From Tubiluchus corallicola (taxonomy: Eukaryota; Animalia; Priapulida), in assembly GCA_030141605.1 (NCBI GenBank), contig JAQGDQ010000961.1, positions 1 to 64,000 of the forward strand: a DNA stretch of 64,000 nt, written 5' to 3'. Under the pieces are notes generated by a model. That model searched no databases, was not told where the DNA came from, and saw only the letters and a list, made by a program, of their open reading frames with translations. Each line of letters opens with the position of its first letter. Within the stretch, counting starts at the first letter, position 1. A program made the position numbers and the translations under genes. Positions 15,560 through 28,005 of the stretch are shown piece after piece.

Positions 15560-15721
15560 AAACTATTATCAGTTTGTACAACTCAGTCCTGGAGTTAGAG
15601 ATTAATCAAATTAACCTACACAAAAAATTCATAAGCTGGATGCAATTGCAAAAGTGATAAGCTAAACATACTGTAGTTTAAAGCTCAAACACTGCTAAGA
15701 AAAAACAGAAAATGCTCTTCA

Positions 15722-18700
15722 TCAAAAAACAAGAGGTTTGGGATTTTCCCATGGAAATTCCGCTCGTCCGAAATGCCCATAACAGCTGGTCTTTTGATAA
15801 ATTGGTCGCCGCAAATCCAATTCACTGTAAAAATGAAATCAGTAAATTTCGTGTACTCTACATTCAAATGTGATCTACAAGCTACTTTTTAAAAGTAGAT
15901 AATAGTTTACCATTCAAGTGTAGCAGTAATAACTTTGCTGAAATAATGAATACATTAATACAGCTTACAGAAAACAGCTTTCAAATAACTTCCCGGGTGT
16001 TTTAGTAAAATGATAGTAAAAGAGAAAATTCAAGATCGCCTACCAAATAAAAAGCCTGCAAAGAAGTGCTAAATAATTCAGAATGCAAGAAAAATACTTA
16101 AAAATGCATCGATGTAATCAAATTACCTGGCCTTAATAATTAACGTAACGGGGCGGCCAACAAAGTGAAGGAAGAAAACACTGAAAAACTGCAAGTCAAC
16201 TAAGATTTTAATCCACACCTAGCAATAACAGTGCACACTCACTGTACCAGCTCAGCTATGAACCCAAACAGTAGAGCTGGTTTCAAATCTCATCCTAGTA
16301 TCTAGCATGGAAGTAGTTAGAGCATCTACTAACAGTAGTGTGAAACTAACTAATCAACGTAATCAAATTAGCGGGTCCCTATGATAGCTTTTTAAGTACT
16401 GAACAGTGATGAGGTAGATATAATAATCTTAATGGCTTATGGCTAAGTTTGTACTAGCTCACGCATTATTGTTGTTAATAGTTTACAGTGTTGCCTATAA
16501 CAACAGCATATTAACTGAAAAAATAACCTCTCCACAACTGACAGTACCGTTAAAAGCAATACATTCTTCATCTTCATAAATGCGCATCCAACGAATTGGA
16601 GACATGTGATCTGTGCTTTTCAATGCATGCTAAGCAGTGGCGGCTCCTAGCTAAAATTAGTGGAGGTGCTGCTTCAGAAAATTTTTGGCCATTGTTTTAA
16701 TACTGTGTAAAACGAAACAAGCATGTGTAGTTTTAATGTTGTAATTGTAATTTTAAACAAACAAGCAAACATATGAAAGTTTAAACACAAAATTGATAAA
16801 ATCCTAAACAAAAAATATTTTTTGACTACTAATACCCTAAATTGTCGCAGTTCAAGCTCGATTCATTCACGGTAAGCACGTGACAAGTGACAACAAACTG
16901 TGTGAGCGACAGTACTTTCTCTACCTGAGCTCAGACGTGCACATGGCAGCATGCGCACAACAGCCAAAGACACCACTGTGATGGTCTGTGAAGCAAACAG
17001 TGCTACCCTCACGTGCTTTGGTTCCATACAAGTATAAAGAAACAACTAAAAAAAGTCTTATCATACTGAATATTATCGATAATTATTGAGCGAAAAAACG
17101 GGGTGCTGCAGTTCCACAGTATCTATACACAAGCTGCCACTGATGCTAACATAGTCACACTTCGACAGCCCACAGTTGGTGCACAGATCAACAATAGCGT
17201 GTAGGCTAAGCACACCCACTGCGGCAGGCGGCTTGCTAAAGATTCAATGCCCGATAAGTGCATCACATGAAATACACTAACTTTCCACGTGTTACCAAAC
17301 TACACAGAACTATATGGTACATGATTTTATACAGAAATAATGCGCTAAGAACAATGGACTTACTTTACTATAACACCGGGGCGAAGATCAAAGTTGGCAT
17401 TCACTATTTGAATCAAATCTTCCTCCTTCAAATCTGATGTGCCATACGCAAAAATGCTGAGAGAAACAGGCTTTGCTATGCCAATAGCATATGAAATCTG
17501 AAAATTTTAAATAGTTTATCACTTACATAAGTAATGATATGCAGGCACTGACAGTTTTTAATATTGGAACCCGATCAGCGATCCTTGAACCACTGGAATG
17601 GCCTCAACCAGAAGGGCGCATGCCTGGGCAAGGTGTACGGAGATCCTGAGTTGCCCAGACAACAGGAACCCCCTCTCTTCTTCCCTGGTGTAGTCCAAAG
17701 GAAAGCGGAGCGATACGTTTGGCACCAGGTTCGCTGCAGGAGCTGCCGGAGTCAGTGAGCATGCTGCACTGGTCCGCCTTCGGGGCTCCACTCCTGATTT
17801 GGAAGGCTTACTCCTCTACACGTGGCCGTTGCGTCACTTGACCTCCTCCGCCCTCTAGCCGTTGACCGCTTGTGCAGCTCCTCCGCCTAATGTCGAGATA
17901 CAGTGTTGGCATCCCGCAAGCCTACAGCACCTGGTATTCCTAGGCAGTCACCCATCCAAGCACTAACCAGCCTCTACGTTGCTTAACTTCGGTGATCAGA
18001 CGAGAACTGGTGTTTTCAATGTGATTTGGCCGTAGCAAAGCTTGTAGTGATGGGTAATTAATCAGTTAATCAAAGTAATCGCAATTACAACCGTATATAA
18101 ACCGATGTAACCAATGATTTGACAGTACACTGATATCTTGGTTTGCCGGACCTAGCTTTTACGGATATCGAACAAATCGGACAAAATGTGGAATGCTAAA
18201 AGTACCGCATACTATGGACACAGTCCGTTGTTTCGCAAGCTGACCGCTAGTTGGCGGGCTATCACTTTGTTTATATCATTATATCAGTGCAACTAAGCAG
18301 CGTGTAACGACACGTGTGCAGCTTGTATGTCAGAAGTGGTCAGTACTAGACGTTTTAGAGACAATTAAATGATTGATTCTACGTTACCGTGAACCTAATA
18401 CACCCTGCCTACTGCATTAGTTTAGTATTGGTAAATACGGACAATCGGCAAATTCGGACCAACATTTCCCAGTTTTAGTCTGGCAAACAGAAATATGAGT
18501 GTATTTCAATTAACAAGGTTAATAGAGAGCAAAATATACATGTTGCATACGCACTAAAAGGTGGTGTTTTAGCAAAATATACATGTTGCATACGGACTAA
18601 AAGGCAATATACATGTTGCATACAGACTAAAGGGTGGTGTTTTAGCAAAATATACATGTTGCATACGGACTAAAAGGCAATATACGTGTTGCATGCAGAT

Positions 18701-21700
18701 TAAAAAGCTGTGTTTTAGCACAAATAAACAAGATTTTTGCATTTTTTCTTTATTTTTCTCACCTTGCATACTTTGCACATTTGTGAACCACAGGGTTGCA
18801 AATTTAGGGCTTCAAATTTGTTGACACAAGACAGTAGTTGACGAAAAAGTGGCACGCTCTATAAACATAGTTTGCGAGTAGGAAAATGATAGACAACATT
18901 TTGTCTATGCATCACAACAATGAAAACCATGAAGAATTTTATAGGTAATGATTCACTGCAATCATTGAAAATATAATATCACTAAAATGACGTGACTAAA
19001 ACACTAAAAACTGTCACAAAAGATTAACAGTGATATTGAATTACAAGAACAAGGTTAAAATTGAATTACAAAACTTCAAAACATCACTATAAGCTTGTAA
19101 GATCTAAGCTGTTCATTTTACTCATGTACGTCAAATGTAGTCTCTAGTCACAACGGGAGTCACTTGGCATAAAAATTTACAATCTTGTTGTTTTCATTAA
19201 AATACACTTAATGTTTCATATGAAATAAAGTGTAGGCCCATTTACATTCACACATTCCAATGTTAGAAAACTATAGAGTGATGCCGTCAAAAACACATCA
19301 TACAAGGAATCTCACCAAAGCAGTTGACATTCACCAAAAACCTTTTCCGGCTTCAGGTTGAGAAAACTTTTATTTTGTACTGTGTCAGCAATGGTTCTGA
19401 CCACAGTAGAGCTGCATAACCTCAAGTATGCATACCCACCCACACAGAAGAATGAAGTTAAAATATAAAACTATTTTTAATAGAATAGTGTAGTTTCAAA
19501 AAAAAACAAGTGGTACTTTCTCTTCTACATCTTCAACATATTACAGTGCTGAAACACAGACAAAAAATTGTTTTTTAAATTAAAAAGTTATTCAAGTTTT
19601 TAAATTCAACTAATACAACTCAACCACCAGCATAACGGATAATGGATGCTCAGCAATTTACAAACCTGTACTAGACAGCGTCGGAGCAGCCCAGCTTTCA
19701 CAAGAGACTTGGCCACCCATCGAGCAGCATACGCCCCAGACCGATCAACTTTTGTGAAATCTTTTCCAGAGAAGGCTCCACCTCCGTGTGCACCCCAACC
19801 TCCATACGTGTCCACAATGATTTTTCGGCCGGTTAGACCAGCATCACCCTAAATTTAATCCGTGTGTTAAAGACACATGCCAGTAACTACCAATATGCAA
19901 GTATTTTTACTACCTATTTTTATGCAGTCATTAATAATGAAATCTTGATACTTGTACAAAATTTCTTGGTACCTTAAGTCTGAAGTAGGACTGTCATGTT
20001 TACACGTGTAGACAAAAGCGATTAGTTTATAACCTTCTGAAGATACTCAAATGATACCTTTAACAAGACTTTTTTTATCAAAAAATTCCGAGTTTTATAA
20101 AACTTTAAACTGCTTCCTGTTTTTATATTGCATTAATAACTCCGTTAGATTTTTAATGGTACGATTTTGTAGTCCTTCACAGTAGGACTGTCACGTTTAT
20201 GAAGTTTGTTAAACATTTACACGATGCTTACTAAACGAAATGATTCTGTTTACACGATGTTCAGTTATTAAATATATGGGTGGGGAGGTGAAGATATAAA
20301 GTACTCTCTGATTGTGTGAATCGTTATCTGTCACAATTAAAGTGATTTGAAAATGATGATTACATGTACATTTATCTGTATGATCTAGCTTGAAAAGCAG
20401 GTTTGCTGATCTTTGTAAACGATAAACGGATTTCCTTTCTAGTGAATTTAACTATTTCTGTGCTTCTTAAGCATTAATTAATGGCAATATTACTGCAAAG
20501 TACGTACCATAGGTCCACCAATAATGAATCTTCCAGTCGGATTCAAATGATAAATGGTATTATCATCTAAATAACTCTTGGGAATAACCTCTCGAATAAC
20601 CTTGTTCATTAAATCTTTGCGAATCTGCTGATTGGACACATCTTCGTCGTGCTGCACCGAAATGACAATCGTGTGCACCCGCAGCGGAATACAGGCGCCA
20701 TGGTGGAATGCATATTCGCAAGTGACCTAAATTTATTGAAAGAAAATGATGAACCCAGCAAATGAAAATTTGAATGCATACTTTAGAAACTGAATACAAA
20801 CCTGTGAAACAGCTATAAAATCTGTTAAAGTTTCCTAACTTAATATCTAGTTTCCATGGTAAAAAGCTCAATTATAGAAAAATTTTAGTCACAACAAAAA
20901 TTATAAGTAGAGCCCAGAAATGCGCCATTTCAGCAGATATCCAGCCGGTTAGCCGATAAGAAACTCAGCATTAGTCGAGCCAGCCACTCAGTGATGGGAG
21001 TAGAGCTAGCAGACATTTTTGCCAGCTGAGAAAGTTTTTGCTCTTCCGATAATCAAATGACACTCCAATTCGCTGGTTGAAATATGGTAAATGCATAGCA
21101 GATAGTTTTTTAAACTATGTAAATTATTTTATTAAAGTGTTTGATAACTACGTAAATTATTTTATTAAAGTGTTTGACAGTTTTGTAACTAAGCAAATTA
21201 TTTTATTAAAGTGTTTGACAGTTTTGTAACTAAGCAAATTATTTTATTAAAGTGTTTGACATAGTTTTTAACTATGTAAATTATTTTATTAAAGTGTTTG
21301 ACACAGTTTTTTAACTATGTAAATTATTTTATTAAAGTGTTTGACATAGTTTTTAACTATGTAATTTTTTTTATTAAAGTGTTTGACATAGTTTTTTAAC
21401 TATGTAAAATATTTTATTGAAGTGTGTGACATAGTATTTTAACTATGTAAATTAGTTTATTAAAGTGTTTGACATAGTTTTTTAACTATGTAAATTATTT
21501 TATTAAAGTCTATCACAATATATTATATCGAATATCATTCTCAAGTGTCTAACAGCAAGCACTCCAGCAAAGAAATCGAAATAATGGGAAAGATGTTCGT
21601 AAAATAGTCTGTTTCACCGCTTAAGCAATCTGTATTTTATTAATTTATGCAGTCAAACCTCTTCAAACAGCCTAGTTTGGGACTGTGAAAAAGTTTGCGT

Positions 21701-24700
21701 TGCATAGCAAGTTTGGCATTATAACCAGATGCATTAATACATACATGTCTATGCAAATATAGACATTTTGTGTTACTAAAAATTTGGGCATTCAGCGAGG
21801 TTGGAGTCATAATGAGGTTTGACTGTAGTGGTTAAAGTACAGTGGTGCTAGCACATCTATAAAATTATGAACGCTTCAACGTTCATGCAACAACAACAAC
21901 AACAACAACATCACAAATTCTGTGACGTCAAGACACCTCTAGTACAATGTGATAACTAACAATGAAAATGCATTAGATACATTGTCTTTACCTGGGTTTT
22001 GCTATCTGGCCGCGCCCACGGGAGTTCACCGTTTCTACGGCCCTGAGCAATCTTCATGTTTAGCCTATGAGCTAGCGTAATGGTAAGCGGCATACACTCT
22101 GGCGTCTCATCGGTAGCATAACCGAACATGATTCCCTGTGAACAGTGAACAAACTGCATTATATTCAGAACATTTTTAGCAGTTAAATAATAATGACTGC
22201 AACAACAATCACTATACTGCTGATACAAAGATTTCTTAATCACACACTTGGATAACAACTTGTTTAATTTTCATACACAAGAGTTTCAGGTTACAGACCC
22301 ATTGCTTTTGCATCATTTAGATTTTCTTACTATTAAGCTGGCACTATTTGAAAGGTGTATTTTTATTAACATTAAAATTTTTTTTGGGATTTTATGTTCA
22401 CACATTTTCAGGAATTTAAATAAGTCAAGAATGAACTACTCGTTGAAAGGCAAATATTTCTGGGAGGTGAATTTTATAGGAAATGAGTTTTTTTGTAAAT
22501 CCCTCTGTGGTATGCTGCCCTAATCACACTATAATAGCAATAGTACAGAACACTAGGAAAACATCATATTTAATATTTAAAACCAAATTAGACTGTTATA
22601 CAGCAGGTGCCGCTTAATACACTCACAGTTAATAGACTCAATCGCTTAATTGACTCAAAAACACCTGGAACAGGCCGCTTCTATTCAAATATACATAGAA
22701 ACTATTGGTAATTGACTCAAATAACGCCGCATAATTGACTCAATATTTTTCTTTCACCTATTAAAAATAAGAGATTTGTATGTACCCACAGAGCCTTTCC
22801 TACTTTTATGTCATCTTTACTTCCTTTCTGTGCACTATGTATGTAGGAACAATCATGTTAAATACCGTTTTGTATGCAAGCAGGTACGTTTATTATGCGC
22901 TAATACGCTAGCGTAGTGATTATGCTTTAAATCTGTTACCCGCTTGCCCACTGTTACCCAAAGAATTTTTGGAAACTAAACATTTAATAACTTGTCTAGT
23001 GGTTTCCTTTTGATGCTCTAGTTGCAAATCACACTTTCAGGCTTAATGAGTTAATAGTCAAAGATGCAGGTACGGTAATCAGTTGGTATTCCTTGTGACT
23101 TACATAAACATCGTACAGCAAATAAGAGCAATGTAAGTGAACAGACGATTCAGAATTGTTTTAGTCACGCACAACAACAGATTTTCAACGTTTTTATAAT
23201 TACGAGAACTTTGTGGGCCAACTTCTTCGCGAGAAAATGAAGCAGCCGACTTTGAAGGAATTTTTGTAATTTTTGCAAATAAACAGACTTAGAAAAGTAC
23301 ACTTTTTAATTTACTGCTAGTTCACTTATATAAATTAATATTTTAAAATAGTTTTTGTAATTTTTAACTGCATAAAGGAATTTAGGCATTACTTCGTTTC
23401 TAAAATTGATTAAAAGCCTTTGCAGTGCAATGTAAGCTGATGACTCATACTTCTATACCTGTAATATTACACCCATCGGTTAATAGGTTCAGTCGGTTAA
23501 TTGGGTCAAAACACGTCGGTCCCAAAGTGAGTCTATTAAGCGGCACCTACTGTAGTTGCTTACAATTTAATCACAGTCTACTCACAAATCACAGAGACAT
23601 ACAACATGTAACATATATGTTCCTTGACTAGACGTGATGTTTTCTAAAGAAATAACTTCTTTTTCATATTCTTTACATTACCAGCTCATATAAGTCTTAA
23701 AAAACATGTTTGACATTTGTTAATACATTAACTCATCTTAAGCATAATTATGTGTAAGCGATCAAAACAAGTATAAACTAAATACTGGCTAACACTTTGA
23801 ATTTGGATGACAATTACAGCATAACGAAGAGTATTCAGATGTGATACACAAACAAAACTGCTAAGTGGCTTGTATAACCATTTAGCAGAGCTGTATCACG
23901 TGTTTAGTACCATTAACTTTGATTGTAACAGCAAAATATGAAACACTTAATAATTATCAATTGATCTGTTTGGGAAAGCTTTAGCACAGGGATGTTCAAA
24001 TTGCGGCCCGTGGACCACTTGCGGCCTGCCGAGATAATTTGTGCGAAGAGATTTGTCAACCTAATGAAAGTGCGGCCCGGGCGATTAATTGAGTGTATCC
24101 AGCTGAAGTCCGTGCCACGATCCCAAAGATAGTGTGGGTAGTTTTTTCTATTAGATCGGATGCCATTAACCTTTACAAGACGGTTGTAGCTTAATGTCAC
24201 TGTACTACACAGACTGTGTGATGCACATTACTAATATGCATTTTAATGAAATGACCACTATCTGTCCTGAAAGTAGAAATATATGGTTTGTAATATAAAT
24301 TTTAATAACTTCTAAAATAGTTTCTTGAGTGTAGTAGTAATGATGTACACAGGTCGGATGCAAAAAAATCGTTATTAGGCCTTTCTGTACTTGGCTCCTT
24401 GATCAAACTGCCTGTGGCCCGCAGGAATTGCGGGAAAGTTTAATGTGGCCCGGCTAGTCAGACAATTTGCACACACCTGCTTTAGCACTAAGAAATAATC
24501 AGTCAATGTTAAAGGACAAGAAAGGGGGTACCTGAAGTAGGTTTCAGAAATATCGCCTTAAAAAATTTTATGCGTATATCGTACTCGCGTTGAAATGAAT
24601 TTTAGTTTGTTTTCATTTTAAATCTCCCGCAATACTGTTCCGATGTCGCCATTACATTACGTCATGTACCAAACGTAAATCAAGGGAAGAAAAGGCAATG

Positions 24701-27700
24701 TTAAATTATGTCTCAAAAGACTTTCCGTGCAAATCTATATTACTTAGATTTTCGGTTACCTGCTAGAAAGACTTATGTAACTAGAAAAGAAAATTATTAA
24801 TTATTTAAAATGTTTTCACCAATTGGTAAAATGTCGCTGGCTCACCCATTAGGGTGCACCACTCACTAACCAAAAACGTATTTTTAATCTTATTGACAAG
24901 ATACAGTAATTTTAAATTTTATATAGTTACTGACTTGTGCGCTACGAATGCTCTGGTTATTTTTTCAAACTTTACAAAATGTTATCTAAACTTGTTTCAA
25001 ATGATCTGTCGTAAAGACGGCTGCATCTAACGGTCATTGCGGGAGTTTAAATTTACACGTTTTAAACAGCGTGACTGCCGATTGAAGTCCTGCACGCAAA
25101 AAGGCAGTATATAAGTGGTATAAAATTTTAAAACGAATTTTTCAAGTTTCATGTTTATGAAGGGTTTTCTTGTGCTTTAACAACTTTATATCATCATGAA
25201 GTTATCAGCTCAAATTTAGGATAAAAAACAGAGTAAGAGACGTCAACATAACAGGAGCCTAATAAACCTCAAGAAGCTCGGCATATTACATATGGCACCG
25301 TCTGTGTGCCTGAAGTGTTTTCCAAGCAAAATGATTTAATATAATAGTCCCCGCACATTTGCACATTTAAATGAAATATGTATGTTCTTAGCTAACAATC
25401 ATACTGACAGTAACTATGAAGCATTGCTATACATGATTCCATCATGAAATTAAATATGTATGCTTTTGGCCAACATTCATAGTAACAGTAGCTATGAAGG
25501 CACTGGACTACTAGTAACAGTTTACAAATAATTAACAAAGGTGGTTTAGAGCTGCATAAATGCCTCTTAGCCACTCATCCAAGAATTATAATAATCCTGT
25601 CAAGCATCTGGTCAGAATAACACCGCTTGGCGACGGTTTGCTATACTAAGTTTGTTTGTCTTGAAACTTAATGCAACTTTAAAAACAGGTTTTTGAAATT
25701 TCATTACACCCTTACGCTTCAGGCAGCAACCATTATAACATTATTATAACTTTTCTTAGAAAATCTCTTAAGACGTGTAGCACAAAATAATTGCAAACTT
25801 AAAAATAAGAATCACGAAACATTGAACGGGAATTAAATTACAGGTAATAAGAAAAAACGACGTTGATGGATTGAATTTATAATGATTATAATAAGACCAA
25901 CTGCATAAATCACATAAATTTCAAAAAGCAGAAAGTATCTCATACTTGATGACAATAAAAGACAACTACATACAATTTCAAACCCAGTTCGGAAAACAAC
26001 CTTAAAAATTTTAGTTAAGAATAATAAGTTTAAATTTTGCAACTGAATTCCCGTGTGAGCATCGAGACATACCTCTCGTGCCAGAAAAGTGCCGTCTCCA
26101 AGATACCTATACGACTCATTATACAAAAGAAAAAGCACTGTTTTCTAAACAGTGATCAAAATATTACATAAAGAGACATCGATAGATATCATTTTCTACA
26201 AATCAAGCAAGCACTACACTGTGTTTCCTATCTACGTAAGAGTTTATATATAGCTAGCAACATGCTCTAACTGCAAATTTATAGTAGAAGATTGTTCATT
26301 AGAGTTGAGACGGTTAGGCTTTTTAACTAACCTTTTAACCTGATTAAATGCGGTCAGTTAACTGGTTAGCCTCTCCCGACTAGTTCATAAATAAAACAAA
26401 ATATCGAATACATGACTTGTACGAGTAAGCGGTGCGGTTCAATCTAGCATGGACCAGCAAGAGTGAGCGGTCTGGTTCAATCTAGCACGGACCAGCAAGA
26501 GTGAGCGGTGCAGTTCAATGTAGCACGGACCAGCAAGAGTAAGCGGTCCGGTTCAATCTAGCACGGACCAGCAAGAGTAAGCGGTCCGGTTCAATCTAGC
26601 ACGGACCAGCAAGAGTAAGAGGTGCAGTTCAATCTAGCACGGACCAGCAAGAGTAAGAGGTGCAGTTCAATCTAGCACGGACCAGCAAGAGTAAGCGGTG
26701 CGGTTCAATCTAGCATGGACCAGCAAAAATGTCCAACATGGTAGTATCTTTGCAACATACGCGAATGAAAAACTTTTTTGCAATTCACCGTTTGTATGAT
26801 TCTTAGGCAATCAGATTAATTGAGACAATGTTGTAAATAGTAGAATTTTATGTAACCGGAACATTGCAAACTGCATACGCTAACTAAGAAAAGATTCCAT
26901 GTTTCATTAATACCCATGCATATAAAAACTTGGCTAAGTAACAGTTAAACAGTTAATGATTTTTCTAAACGGCCACACCAATTAGCGGTCAGTTAAACAG
27001 ATACATACGCGGTTAACTGTCTCAGCCCTATTGTTCATCTAACCATTTTCTTTCCAATAATAAACAAATAAGGCTTAAATAACATAGCATCTCCTACAAG
27101 TGGGACATGTTAACCTGATATGGGTGTTTAAAACCACTGCAGTTCAAAACCAAATAAAATCTTTAAGTCACCTACTTCAAATAGGAAGGAAATGTTTAAA
27201 ATTATGTTATTAAATATATCATTCATACCATGTTTACAGTCTAATGTAATGTGATGACTTTTTTTAAAAATCTGACAGCATGTTAAACAAACAATTTGAA
27301 AGTTAAGGCTGTACTCCCGCCACACATGCAGCATGTTAAAGTTTGTAGGTAACCAGGAAACACAAACATGCATTTTCACATTACTGGCACTTTCACTGTC
27401 ACAAATAATTTTTTCAAGACAATAAGAGAATTTAGTTTTTGATAAAATGTAGCAGAAAAAGCTTCCATTCTCTATATATTTATAAAAAATAGTTTTATAA
27501 AGTACGTCAGAAATGCTCTAAGCATAGGCAGCGACACACAAGACAAGGAACTAGCAATTTGCAAGTATCAAAAACAAGATAACATGCAATTTATTCCAAA
27601 ACATGCACATTTCTAGGACATGCGCTACAGACAGAATACAAAAATATTCTAAACATGAAGATATCAGTTTTTTAAAACAAGCAGCAAAACAACCTGTCAT

Positions 27701-27971
27701 TCATTTTCGACTCACCAAGATATTCTGAATGCAAACATCATGCGTCACCACCAAAGTTGGAACATAAAAAGGCAAAATAGGATGCTGACCTTCCCTGCCT
27801 GGGATTCGAACCCAGGCCCTCCACAATGGGCGCTCTTGCCCTCTGAGCTAGCAGGGTTTTAGCAGCACATGAGGAAACAAGTGGAAAACACAAAGGTAAA
27901 AAACAAACTCACAATGCTCTACAGTCTACACGCACACACACATACACACCACACACACACGCATGCACATA

Positions 27972-28005
<34 letters not shown>

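Noticed and set aside
17918-18036. Functional 5S rRNA gene
   Set aside because: No oligo-T terminator, several substitutions, and fused to a body shared with a second dispersed copy; better explained as a SINE head.
26423-26726. CRISPR-like array (also the 43-bp array at 35200-36450)
   Set aside because: Head-to-tail repeats without unique spacers, no cas genes, eukaryotic context.
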